A stretch of 64,000 nucleotides of DNA, taken from an uncultured Acidobacteriota bacterium (GTDB taxonomy: Bacteria > Acidobacteriota > UBA6911). A program made the translations under genes and the position numbers. Positions 41,888 through 51,197 of the stretch are shown piece by piece (the stretch's first letter is position 1; every line of letters begins with the position of its first letter). The stretch spans positions 160,001-224,000 of the forward strand of contig CAWEJX010000004.1 in NCBI GenBank assembly GCA_963809485.1. The letters are read 5' to 3'. The notes under the pieces are model-generated. The model ran no database searches, had not been told where the DNA came from, and saw nothing but the letters and a program-made list of their open reading frames with translations.

Positions 41888-42253
41888 ATGCATTGTATTT
41901 CACCGGCTGTCGGTTTGGAGGGATACCTCGTGATCGGCAAGGACCAGGGCATGCTTTTCGGCGCCATGGCGGTCCTCAGCCCTCCGGTCGCCAATTACAT
42001 CAAGGCAGAAGGATTCGATACGGTTGAGAAGCTGACGGAATATATAAGGCCGGCCGCGGAGCCTCCCATGGGAAAGCCGCCCGCCGGCAAAGAGCCTGCC
42101 GGGAAGGCGCCTGCCGGAAAGCAAGCCGGCGGAGCCCCGCCCTTCGGTGGAATGCCGATATCCATCGTCGTATCCGGAGGAGCGAACAACAATTATTGGA
42201 GCTATGGAGGAATGGCTCCCCGCCAAAGCGTCCTGATCGACAAGTGGCGCTAG
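41888..42253 (+). pseudogene. C-terminal fragment of a third UGSC-family paralogue
   Basis: PVANYIKAEGFDTVEKL...IVVSGGANNNYW...LIDKWR aligns by eye with the C-termini of 2-1042 and 26779-28536; upstream domains absent. Confidence 0.65.
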
Positions 42254-42324
42254 GCCGGTGCAGTTTGTCTTTCCGGTTTTCGAGGAGATCGATCCAAATA
42301 TTGCATGAGTTCCAATTGCTTTGG

Positions 42325-42397
42325 CCGCTGACGTACACTGACCGAAGCCTTAAGGATCAGCGTACGTCAGCGGTTTTGTCAGCGTTCGTCGGCGTTA
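42325..42397 (+). repeat. TC(A/G)GCG phased array with two inverted units
   Basis: cgctgacgtacactga ... tcagcgtacg tcagcggttttg tcagcgttcg tcggcgtt. Confidence 0.7.
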
Positions 42398-42574
42398 CCC
42401 GAACCCGGAGCTGCCAAACTTTATCGGCCCCCTGCAATGCCATGTGATAACGGATGCCTCCAGGGACTAAACCTGCGCTCTCCGCATACCGGCAACACAA
42501 AGGTGTATAATGCCCGGCGCCCGGAATCATAAAAACCCGGATTGAAGTCTGAGAGTCTATAAGGAGGCCTTTCT

Positions 42575-44155
42575 ATGAATCACCGCGCATTTCCGATCCT
42601 GTTCATCGCATTGCTGGCCAGCTTTGCGCTCTTTCCAGTCCCTGCGGCTGCTCAGCAGTCCTGCGAAAGTCTTATGTCTGTCAAAATTCCTAACGTAACA
42701 ATCACTTCAGCCAAGGCCGGCAGCCCCGGGATTTGAATTGCCCGCCCAATCCGGTTTAATGAATGTTCCACCCAGGAAAATCACGGTCCCCTTTTGCAGG
42801 ATTGAAGCTTATTCGGCGCCGACCAGCGACTCTCATATCGGCATCGAAGTGTGGCTTCCCGTTGCGGCGAACTGGAATGGGAAATTCCTGGCCGCGGGAA
42901 ATCCTGGATTCATCGGCTCATTGTCCAGCAGCGGGCTGGCGGCAATTATGGAGACCGGATATGTTGCCGCGGGAACCGATACGGGGCATGTGGACGCGGG
43001 ATTCGAGTGGGCCATAGGTCACCCCGAGAAATGGGCCGACTGGGGCTATCGCGCCGTCCACGAAATGGTTGTGGTAACCAAACAGCTGGCCGAGAAATAT
43101 TACGGCAAGCCCATTCAATATTCTTACTGGAACAGCTGCCACAACGGCGGCAACCAGGGGCTCAACGAAGCACAGCGCTACCCTGAAGATTTTGACGGAA
43201 TTGTCGCGGGCGATCCCGCCTACTACATATCGCACCTGCAGCCGGGCTCCCTGTACATCAGCTGGGTCGCGCTCAAAGACGGAGTCGGCGGCCCCGGGCA
43301 CATCCCGCCCGCAAAGGTCGCCGTCCTGAATAAAGCGGCCATCGCCGCCTGTGACGGGGACGATGGGCTCGTCGACGGTCTCATCACGGATCCCACGCGC
43401 TGCAGATTCGATCCTGCCGAGCATTCAGTGCAAAGGCGCGGATGACGGTTCCTGCCTTACCGCCGCGCCAGGTGGACACGGCGAAAAAGATTTATGCGGG
43501 CGCGAAATTCAAAGACGGCACCCAAATCTATAGCGGATTTGAGCCGGGAAGCGAGCAGAACTGGAACTTCATGATTGAGAAGGAGCCCTTTTCCGTCAAT
43601 ATCAACTACTTCAAAGGAATGGTTTTCCAGGACCCCAACTGGGATTTCCGCACCTTCGACGTGGACCGGGATACTCGGCTGGCCATAGATCGTACGGGCA
43701 AATACGTGGACGGCAACAATCCCGATTTGAGGCCTTTCAGGAAAGCGGGCGGCAAACTCATTATCATCGCCTCCTGGAACAGCATGGGCCTTCCGCCGCG
43801 ATCGGTGGTCGAATATTACAAAGAGGTGGAAAAAACCATGGGCGGGCCTGCGCAGACACAGGACTTCGCGCGCCTGTTCGCGGTGCCCGGATCGGGCGGC
43901 TGCCCCGGATTTATCATGAATACTGAGGATTTCAAAGCTTTCGAGGCCATGCTGGAATGGGTGGAAAAAGGCAAAGCTCCGGAGCGGATCATTTACTCGC
44001 ACAGAGAAGCGGGAGGCGCGACCGCAGGGATGGGGAGTCCGGGAAAGGTCTATCGCACCCGGCCGGCCTGCGCATATCCCAAGGTGCCCAGATACAAGGG
44101 AAGCAGCGATATCAATGACGCCGCCAATTTCACCTGCGTCTCTCCGAACAGATAG
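42575..44155 (+). CDS. Tannase/feruloyl esterase family hydrolase, exported (frameshifts ~42730 and ~43420-43465)
   Basis: AAGGAGG RBS, signal peptide, WNGKF, TDTGH, DWGYRAVH, CHNGGNQG, DFDGIVAG, WVEKGKAP, RPACAYP. Confidence 0.82.
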
Positions 44156-44240
44156 AGTCCCTGAGTTCCGCGAGTCCCAAACGCTGACCAACGCTGAAAT
44201 CCACTGGGGATTATCAGCGCTGGTCAGCGTTTTTATTGTG

Positions 44241-44702
44241 TCAGAATGAATCCTGCCGGAAATTAACCTGAAAGCTGTAGCCGTGGTGCTCGAACCCCAG
44301 GGACTCATAGAATGCATGCGCCCGCTCTCTCTTCAAGTTCGACGAAAGCACAGCCTTGTAGCAACCTTTATCCGCAGCCAGCCTGAGCGCATGCCGCATC
44401 ATGGCCTTGCCGATTCCCCGTTGCTGCCACTCCGGATCCACTGCGACATCTTCGATGATGGCGGAGGGATCGCCCAAATGGGCCAGGTTATGCATGATGA
44501 GCAGGGCGAAAGTGCCGACTATGTTTTTTCCGATGGTCGAGACATAAACCTTATAATCCGGGTAATGCGCCATCAGATTAAAGATCCGTTCGGCTTGTGC
44601 CAGCGGCAGCGTCTGCCCGCTGTCCAGGTCCGTCCGTGCATACAGGCGAAGCACCGCCGGAAGGTCCGCCATGGAAGCTTCCCGGCAAAGAATCTCGCTC
44701 AT
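44241..44702 (-). CDS. GNAT N-acetyltransferase
   Basis: IIEDVAVDPEWQQRGIGK, GCYK, AHAFYESLGF. Confidence 0.9.
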   Translation of the reverse strand: MSEILCREASMADLPAVLRLYARTDLDSGQTLPLAQAERIFNLMAHYPDYKVYVSTIGKNIVGTFALLIMHNLAHLGDPSAIIEDVAVDPEWQQRGIGKAMMRHALRLAADKGCYKAVLSSNLKRERAHAFYESLGFEHHGYSFQVNFRQDSF

Positions 44703-44780
44703 ATCATGACTCCATGCCGCCCCGCTTGAGGCTGCCTGCCGCAGATCACGCGGCCAAAGTGCTTTATTATTGATTACATT

Positions 44781-45173
44781 GGTAAACCCCCGGCTCTGCC
44801 GGGGGACTCAAAGAGATTGACAGCTCCGTATTTTGAAACGCTGAGAAACGCTGATAAAAGCGCTGACAAACACCGATTTGTTCGGCGAGGGTCGGCGAGC
44901 AAAAGCCGATGAGGCGCTTCCGATGGAGTTTTCTGCGGCGGCACTGTGGCAAATGCCCGGTTTCTCATACCCTTCATCTCCTTGCCGCACGGCGCTTGCC
45001 ACAGTGCCGCCGCAGAAAACTGTCCAGCGCGGAGCGCTGGCCCCTGCGGGGAACGGAAGCGCCTCATCGGCTTTTGCCCGCGTAAGTCAGCGTTCAAGAC
45101 CGGCGTAACTCCTCCAACCGCTTTGAGCGGTTCAAATCTTTCAAGCCTCCGGCTTTGCCGGAGGTACCTGACT
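44781..45173 (+). mobile_element. IS200/IS605-like non-autonomous element, copy 5 (long form, nested palindromes)
   Basis: Terminal hairpins as in copy 1; perfect internal IRs at 44899-44922/45054-45077 (24 bp) and 44927-44952/44996-45021 (26 bp). Confidence 0.8.
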
Positions 45174-45278
45174 CGATCCGTTACATCCGGCGGCTGAACC
45201 TGTATCATTTTTGTTGGCACGAAACAAGATTTTGCATTCGCGCCCCTTCCGGCTTGCGTATATATCCGATGAGCGGGC

Positions 45279-45809
45279 GTGATGGCAGACACAACAGCGA
45301 TTATTACAATGACAGCGGATCTTCCGGAATTTGCCGACCTGGTGCGCGCGTACCAGCGGATGGTATTCAGCATCGCTTACCATTTCCTGCACGACCGTGC
45401 CGGCGCCGAAGATGTGGCTCAGGAGGTTTTCCTGCAGCTCCACCAGAAACTGTCATCGCTCAAATCGGAAGCGCACATCCGCTCGTGGCTGTGCAAAGTT
45501 GCCAGCCATCGCTGCATCGACCATGTGCGCAGCCGGAAGGAGGACCTTCCGCTTGACAGGATTCCGGAGCCTGTTTCGAAACCCAGTTCCGGAGATCCTC
45601 TAATGGCTGCGCTTGTGCAGCGCGCCGTCGCTTCGCTGCCCCCCAAAGCGCGCATCGTGGTGGTCCTGCGCTACCAGGAAGACCTCGAGCCGGCAGAGAT
45701 TGCGCGCGTACTGGGCTTAAGGGTCAATACCGTCAAGAGCCAGCTTCACCGCTCGCTGGATATATTGCGCCAAAAGCTGGGGGGCACTTTAGGAGATGTG
45801 GAATCATGA
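45279..45809 (+). CDS. ECF sigma factor
   Basis: AEDVAQEVFL, SWL..VA.HRCID, EIARVLG..VNTVKSQLHR. Confidence 0.9.
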   Translation: MMADTTAIITMTADLPEFADLVRAYQRMVFSIAYHFLHDRAGAEDVAQEVFLQLHQKLSSLKSEAHIRSWLCKVASHRCIDHVRSRKEDLPLDRIPEPVSKPSSGDPLMAALVQRAVASLPPKARIVVVLRYQEDLEPAEIARVLGLRVNTVKSQLHRSLDILRQKLGGTLGDVES

Positions 45810-46135
45810 ATCGCCTGGAAAATGAGCTGCGCAAAGCAATGAAGCGGGAGGAACCGCCGGAGGATTTTGCCGATCGGGTTCTTGCGCGGGTTTCTGAGAG
45901 AAAGCAGGTCTCCCCGATTAATTTCCTGATGCGGGCTTCTTTCAGATGGGCCTTAGCCGGTGCCCTATGCCTGCTGCTGGTTGTGGCCGGAGTCGAGTAC
46001 CGTCAGGATAAGCAGGAACAGGCCCGGGGCGAGGCCGCCAAAGCACAGCTCATGCTGGCTCTGCGCATTACCGCCGGCAAGCTTCAGCTGGCCCAGGAGA
46101 AGGTCCAGCAAATTGGTGATCTGCAACGCTATTGA
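45806..46135 (+). CDS. Putative single-pass anti-sigma factor
   Basis: PPEDFADRVL plus one TM helix; ATGA overlap with the sigma gene. Confidence 0.7.
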   Translation: MNRLENELRKAMKREEPPEDFADRVLARVSERKQVSPINFLMRASFRWALAGALCLLLVVAGVEYRQDKQEQARGEAAKAQLMLALRITAGKLQLAQEKVQQIGDLQRY

Positions 46136-46152
46136 ATATGGAGAAGAATTTT

Positions 46153-46716
46153 ATGCGAAATACAACCTTTATATGCTTTTCAATCCTCGGCCTGGCATTA
46201 AACGCCTTTGCACAGGCGGCAACCTCCTGCAAGCTTCCCATCAACCTGGACAGGCTTGCTGCCAAAGCCGCGGAGGTCGTGGATGTCGATATGGATGCCA
46301 ACATGCTTCAATTCGCGGGCAAATTTCTTAATGGGCAAAAATCGGATGAAGCCCAGGTCCGGAAACTGATATCCGGTCTAAAAGGGCTTTGCGTCCGCAG
46401 CTTCGAGTTCGATGGGGAGGGCCAATACGCCGCTGAAGACGTCGAAGCGATCCGTAGCCAGTTTCAAAGCCCCACCTGGTCCCGCATGGTTGGCGTGCGC
46501 AGCAAACGCGACAGGGAAAATGTCGATGTCTTCTTTCGGATGGAAAAAGGTTCCGTCACGGGGCTGGCCGTAATCGCCGCAGAACCGAAGGAGTTAACCT
46601 TCGTCCACATCGATGGCGTCATCGATCCACAGCAACTGAATGAATTGGGCGGCCAGTTTGGCATCCCCAAGGTGGAAATGCCTGAAAAGCCAGCGGGAAA
46701 GGCGGAATCCAAATGA
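46153..46716 (+). CDS. DUF4252-family exported protein
   Basis: Signal peptide; LKGLCVRSFEF, ELTFVHIDGVID...LGGQFGIP. Confidence 0.75.
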   Translation: MRNTTFICFSILGLALNAFAQAATSCKLPINLDRLAAKAAEVVDVDMDANMLQFAGKFLNGQKSDEAQVRKLISGLKGLCVRSFEFDGEGQYAAEDVEAIRSQFQSPTWSRMVGVRSKRDRENVDVFFRMEKGSVTGLAVIAAEPKELTFVHIDGVIDPQQLNELGGQFGIPKVEMPEKPAGKAESK

Positions 46717-47201
46717 AGCGGATCGGCGCGATTGGGCTGGCCTGGATCGTGTTGTCGGTCCCGTGCTTTGCCGACGATTTTGATGCGGTAGTGCAAGGGA
46801 TTGAATCGCACTACGGCATTCAGCGCGTAAATCCTCACCTGATCGGATTTGCGACATTTTTGGCCAAACCGGTGTTGTGGGGAAGCGGGGCGGGTGAATT
46901 GAAGATCGCCGCGTTTGAAAACGACAGCCGCCCCCTCAAACCCTCCGTGCGCGAACTGGACAAAATCATGGTCTCATCCCTCGATCCCAAATGGCATCCA
47001 TTTGTGCGTGTGGATTCACGCAAAGATGGTGAAGCCGTGGTCATCTATTCGATCGTTAAGGATCAGCACATGACCATGATGATCGGTTCGGTTGAGCGCG
47101 ACGGCATCTCCCTGGTGCAGATCAGAATCAGCCCGAAAGCCTTCGAAGACTGGAGGACCAGTCCCGGGGATAAAGCAAAATGCGCATCCCAAACAAATTA
47201 A
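46713..47201 (+). CDS. Exported hypothetical protein (ECF operon)
   Basis: Signal peptide, ATGA overlap, WHPFVRV. Confidence 0.65.
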   Translation: MKRIGAIGLAWIVLSVPCFADDFDAVVQGIESHYGIQRVNPHLIGFATFLAKPVLWGSGAGELKIAAFENDSRPLKPSVRELDKIMVSSLDPKWHPFVRVDSRKDGEAVVIYSIVKDQHMTMMIGSVERDGISLVQIRISPKAFEDWRTSPGDKAKCASQTN

Positions 47202-47657
47202 TCTGCATTTCTCAATGCCTTGCGCAACCAGACGCAGCAACACAGCCCCGTGTGGAAGCTGCGTAACGAGCCGAAGCCGCATACCTGCGGAGCATTTTCC
47301 CTTGTACAATGGCCCGGAGCAAGCGTACTTTGCCGACTGGATATATCATCCTCCCAGGCTCATCGGAGAGTCCGCGCCTCAAATTGCTGATGCGGCGGAT
47401 TCGATTCCACTTGAAGGGAATAGGTCCGACTGGGCTTGTCACAATCCGGGTATGAATCCCTCGCCTATTTAGTCCAGGAAGAAGCCGGGTGATCTCCATG
47501 GACATTGAAGGCGCCCGCCCTGCCAGAATGGCTCTCAATGCCCGAATAATATCGAGTGTCCTCAATTCATTCTCCGCATATGCGGAGCCGGCAACTTCTC
47601 CTCATCTGTTCAAAGGGCTCCTTGATATTTCAGGACATATTTATGTACTATTTCTTT

Positions 47658-47906
47658 ATGAAATCCGTACCAATAAATGAACTCAAACAAAGGCTTGCAT
47701 CGATTGTCGCCGAAGCCGAAGCGGGCTACGATGTGCTCATAACAAAACATAACAAGCCTGTAGCCCGGTTGACTCGTCCGGACACGCAGCACCTGCACAG
47801 AGGATCGCGATTCGGTAAAGCGAAATTGACTCCGGTCATGAAGGGAAAAACGGCGGGGCGCTATCTTCAAATACTCGAAAAAGATCGTGACTCGGACACC
47901 CGGTGA
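47658..47906 (+). CDS. Phd/YefM-family antitoxin
   Basis: MKSVPINELKQRLA...VLITKHNKPVARL. Confidence 0.85.
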   Translation: MKSVPINELKQRLASIVAEAEAGYDVLITKHNKPVARLTRPDTQHLHRGSRFGKAKLTPVMKGKTAGRYLQILEKDRDSDTR

Positions 47907-48328
47907 TATCCATGGCAAAGCGATTGTATCTGGATACCTCCGCGTATTTATGCATCCTGTTGGGCGAAACCGGGCACGAGAAGCTGGTCCGGGAAACAAC
48001 AGGGGCGGAATTGCTCTCCAGCGTTATCCTTGTGCTTGAAACCGGCAGAAACCTGATAAGACTTTCCCGCGAAGGTATTCTCACCGCCGCTGATTTTCAG
48101 GCATGCATGTCTGCCTTCAGTGACCATATGCAACAGTTTCTGCTGCGCGATCTCACTCTTGATTTATGCGGATCCATGATGATGCCGGTGGTCTCAACTC
48201 CTCGTTCGTTTGACCTTGCGCATTTACGCACAGCTCTGTGGTTTCATCAACGGAAGAAGCTCCATCGTTTTGTCACGCTCGATCAATCCCAGGAAATGTC
48301 CGCCCGTGAACTGGGATTGCCCGTATAG
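47903..48328 (+). CDS. PIN-domain (VapC-like) toxin
   Basis: LYLDTSA, D.AHL.TA, FVTLD; overlaps the antitoxin stop. Confidence 0.82.
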   Translation: MISMAKRLYLDTSAYLCILLGETGHEKLVRETTGAELLSSVILVLETGRNLIRLSREGILTAADFQACMSAFSDHMQQFLLRDLTLDLCGSMMMPVVSTPRSFDLAHLRTALWFHQRKKLHRFVTLDQSQEMSARELGLPV

Positions 48329-48639
48329 GATATCGTCGCAGTCGACGAGCAGGCCCGGGGTAGCCTTTTCCATCAGGCATTTTCCGCTCATTCCCATTTC
48401 AAAAGATGGGAATAACCACTCGCTTTCCAATTCATGGAACGCATCCGGCCGATTCTCCTCAAAGCCAGGCGGCTTCCGGCTGCACAGAAACCTGATTCTG
48501 TCCTTGCCCGGGCAATTTTGCAGTGTACCCTTGCGACAAAGCATACCCAGCGACACATCAAAGCGCAGGGCAATCCATAGGATGAAAGGATCCGAAGCCG
48601 GGTGCGCCGATTGGAAAAGCGCAATGCGGCTTAGACGAT

Positions 48640-48951
48640 TTATCCGCTCAGGCCGTCGATCAAATGGAGGATGGCCAGGATGGGATGCCGTTTCAGCATG
48701 CGCGGGCCCGCATACCGCATCACGGTCTGGATCTTGTCGCGCATCTCCACCTTGTAGCAGTGAACGGAGCATTTCGCGCAGGTAGGTTTCTCATCCTGGA
48801 ACCGGCAGGTCTCGAGTCTGCGCCGGGCATAGGACTGCAGCGCGCTGCAATCCTCGCATAAGACGGTTTTATGCCCATGGTGATCACGGCAGTATATACG
48901 GATCATGGCCAAAACTGTCTTTTGTTCTCGTTTAATTCTGGAAGCGAGCAT
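48640..48951 (-). CDS. YgbA-like (nitrous oxide-stimulated promoter family) protein
   Basis: REQKTV..MI.IYC..HH, C..C..L..YA..RL..C, KPTC.KC..HCY, VMRYAGPRM..HP. Confidence 0.85.
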   Translation of the reverse strand: MLASRIKREQKTVLAMIRIYCRDHHGHKTVLCEDCSALQSYARRRLETCRFQDEKPTCAKCSVHCYKVEMRDKIQTVMRYAGPRMLKRHPILAILHLIDGLSG

Positions 48952-49219
48952 CTTATCGAACAGTCTGCCATGTGGCGGCACGGCATTCAATCGTCACCCG
49001 TCCATCGCATCGAGATATTCGAAAGCTGGCCATGCCAGGCAACCGGGACAACGTCAGCAACACGACAGTCGCACGACAGCAACAGTAGGACAGGCTGCGT
49101 AATTCCCTAATTCCCATAAGGTTGCCGGTACTGCAGGCACCCACATAGCTTGGGGAATTACATAGCCTGTCCCCCTTTTTCCCGCTTGATTCAATATATA
49201 AATACTTGTATATTAATGC

Positions 49220-49582
49220 ATGGCCGATAAGCCCCTTTTCTGGCTTGGATCCTCGCTTGCCGACTTGAGGTCCTTTCCCGCAGATGCGAGGCGGATTGCC
49301 GGATTTCAGTTGCGCCGGATTCAACAAGGGTTGGACCCAAACGACTGGAAGCCGATTCCCGCTGTCGGCCAGGGGGTCCGGGAAATCAGGATTCACATGG
49401 GGCTTGAGTTCAGGGTGCTGTATGTCGCGCAGTTTGCCGAAGGCCTCTATGTTCTTCATGCGTTTGAAAAACGGACGCAAAGGATGTCCAAATGCGACAT
49501 AGAGCTGGGAAGCAAACGCCTTGCAGCCCTATTGGCAGGAACGCGGGCCTCAAAACGCCAGTCAAAAAAAGGTAATTTATGA
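49220..49582 (+). CDS. RelE/ParE-superfamily (Gp49-like) toxin
   Basis: DLRSFP...GFQL..IQQG..P.DWKP...VG.GVREIRI, YVLHAFEKRT. Confidence 0.88.
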   Translation: MADKPLFWLGSSLADLRSFPADARRIAGFQLRRIQQGLDPNDWKPIPAVGQGVREIRIHMGLEFRVLYVAQFAEGLYVLHAFEKRTQRMSKCDIELGSKRLAALLAGTRASKRQSKKGNL

Positions 49583-49887
49583 GAGTCAAAATTACTCGGT
49601 CCAACCGCAATGTCTTCCGTGACCTTGGCTTCGATGTGCAGGAGGCGGAACACCTGAGGATTCGCGCCGATCTGATGATTGAGCTTCAAAAGCGAATTGC
49701 CGAAGGTGTATATAAACAGGCCGACGCCGCGAAAATCCTGAAAGTGACGCAGCCCCGGATAAGCGACCTTATCAATGGCAGGATTGATTTGTTCAGCACC
49801 GATACACTCATAGATATGCTGGCGCTCTTCGGCACCAGGGTCCATTTGATTCTAAAGCCTTCGCGCAATACCCGCCGAGTTGCATAG
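49579..49887 (+). CDS. XRE-family HTH antitoxin
   Basis: NVFRDLGF, QADAA.IL.VTQPRISDL..G....FS. Confidence 0.88.
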   Translation: MRVKITRSNRNVFRDLGFDVQEAEHLRIRADLMIELQKRIAEGVYKQADAAKILKVTQPRISDLINGRIDLFSTDTLIDMLALFGTRVHLILKPSRNTRRVA

Positions 49888-49908
49888 CGATTTGATAGAT
49901 CGTAATTC

Positions 49909-50149
49909 GGGGTCGGACCACGCTAAATAACTGGCATTAAAGGGTAAAGGTGCAGTTTTGCAGGTCTAAATGGGCTTAGAGCAGAATTGGGGAGGGTATT
50001 TTTGACTGTAAGAAAACAGGGATGTCTCCAATCAGTATGAAAATCCTTACACGTAAAATATGCCGCCCCAAATTGCAGCCGGCCCTTTTATCGGTCCCGA
50101 AAAATTGGTTATCAATAATCCTGCGAAGGCTTTATCGTGGTCTCACCCC
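49909..50149. mobile_element. ~240-bp repeat element with imperfect terminal IRs (GGGGTCGGACCAC / GTGGTCTCACCCC); uninterrupted copy
   Basis: Left part matches 54900-55003, next part matches 58917-58960, right part resembles 52458-52614. Confidence 0.7.
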
Positions 50150-50203
50150 CCGTTCGATTCAAAATAGATGGCGACAAGGCGTATATGATGGTAATATACT
50201 ACA

Positions 50204-50518
50204 GTGCCTGAATGGAACCGGGTGGAAGGCTTTGAATGGGATGAGGGCAACGCCCGAAAGAGCGCTGAGAAACATGGTGCATCTCAGGCTGAAGCGGAGT
50301 CTGTGTTCTTCAGTAATCCCTTGGTTGTTGTCCCGGATCCACGACACAGCCATGCGGAATCGCGCTACCACGCCCTCGGCCGGACAGTCTCAGGGCGGTT
50401 GCTGCATGTGGTGTTCACTCTTCGCCGCCGGGAGACGCTGATCCGCGTTATTTCCGCCCGTGACATGAATAGGAAGGAACGAACTGTTTATGCGAAAGAA
50501 ACGAAAGCCCATTCCTAA
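50204..50518 (+). CDS. brnT: BrnT-family toxin
   Basis: GFEWDEGN..KHG...EAESVF, HS.AE.R, IRVISAR.M..KER. Confidence 0.9.
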   Translation: MPEWNRVEGFEWDEGNARKSAEKHGASQAEAESVFFSNPLVVVPDPRHSHAESRYHALGRTVSGRLLHVVFTLRRRETLIRVISARDMNRKERTVYAKETKAHS

Positions 50519-50750
50519 GTTTTCCTCAGAGGCGGAAGAACGCGCGTTTTGGGAATCCGGCGATTCCACGGATTTTGTGGATTGGAGCCAGGCGAAACAC
50601 GTTCGCCTGCCCAAACTAAAACCGTCCACCCAATCCATATCGCTCAGGCTTCCTGTGATTCTTTTCGAGCGTATCAGAGTTGAGGCGAACAGGCGAGACG
50701 TTCCCTACCAATCCCTTATAAAGACTTGGCTCAGCGAGAAAGTGGGATAG
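50490..50750 (+). CDS. BrnA/CopG-family antitoxin
   Basis: IPKF.SEAEERAFW...DSTDFVDW, ISLRL, DVPYQSLIK. Confidence 0.88.
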   Translation: MRKKRKPIPKFSSEAEERAFWESGDSTDFVDWSQAKHVRLPKLKPSTQSISLRLPVILFERIRVEANRRDVPYQSLIKTWLSEKVG

Positions 50751-50897
50751 GCTTTGTTGTTCGAGTTCCTGTTCCAATGCCTTCCGGTTCGTAAACGCAC
50801 CGCGGGTTTTCTCAAAACCTTACAATGGATTCGCAGCCGGACCCCATGAACCGGCATTATTCATGAAGCTTCTGCTGCAGCGGCAAAGTCTCATGAG

Positions 50898-50923
50898 AAG
50901 GGGACAGTCACGACTGTCCCCTT
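50898..50923. repeat. Perfect palindrome AAGGGGACAGTC-AC-GACTGTCCCCTT (REP-like)
   Basis: Seen directly; sibling at 6979-7002. Confidence 0.65.
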
Positions 50924-51153
50924 TTTCTGATCGCAGGGGAGTATTACTTTGGAAGGTCACAAGCGGACAATGGGCTCACAGGACGCATACGAAGAAATCA
51001 CCCTCGCACCAGTGCTGGAAGAGTGGGGACGTCCACCTCGTTCCATTTTTTCGGCAGCTGAAAAGAAAATCGAGGCTTACGTCCCCGTTTCCCCCCGGCA
51101 ATGGATGCGAGAAGCGGCCGGCAAGTAAAAAATTCATCTTAAAAAAAGAGACC

Positions 51154-51187
51154 ATAGTCCACTTTACTAATGAGTAAAGTGGACTAT
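51154..51187. promoter_or_regulatory. Perfect 15-bp inverted repeat, putative operator
   Basis: ATAGTCCACTTTACT-AATG-AGTAAAGTGGACTAT, 10 nt before ATG 51198. Confidence 0.6.
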
Positions 51188-51197
51188 AGTCCGTTTT

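Noticed and set aside
44774-45373. Recurrent ORFs sharing peptides such as RLERFEPLKAVGG or FQNTELS (also at 3955, 9033, 18722)
   Set aside because: Translations of the repeated non-coding element; frames and starts are not conserved between copies.
47470-47565. Minus-strand DIIRALRAILAG segment resembling a NarL-type regulator linker
   Set aside because: Too short, with no receiver or HTH motifs around it.
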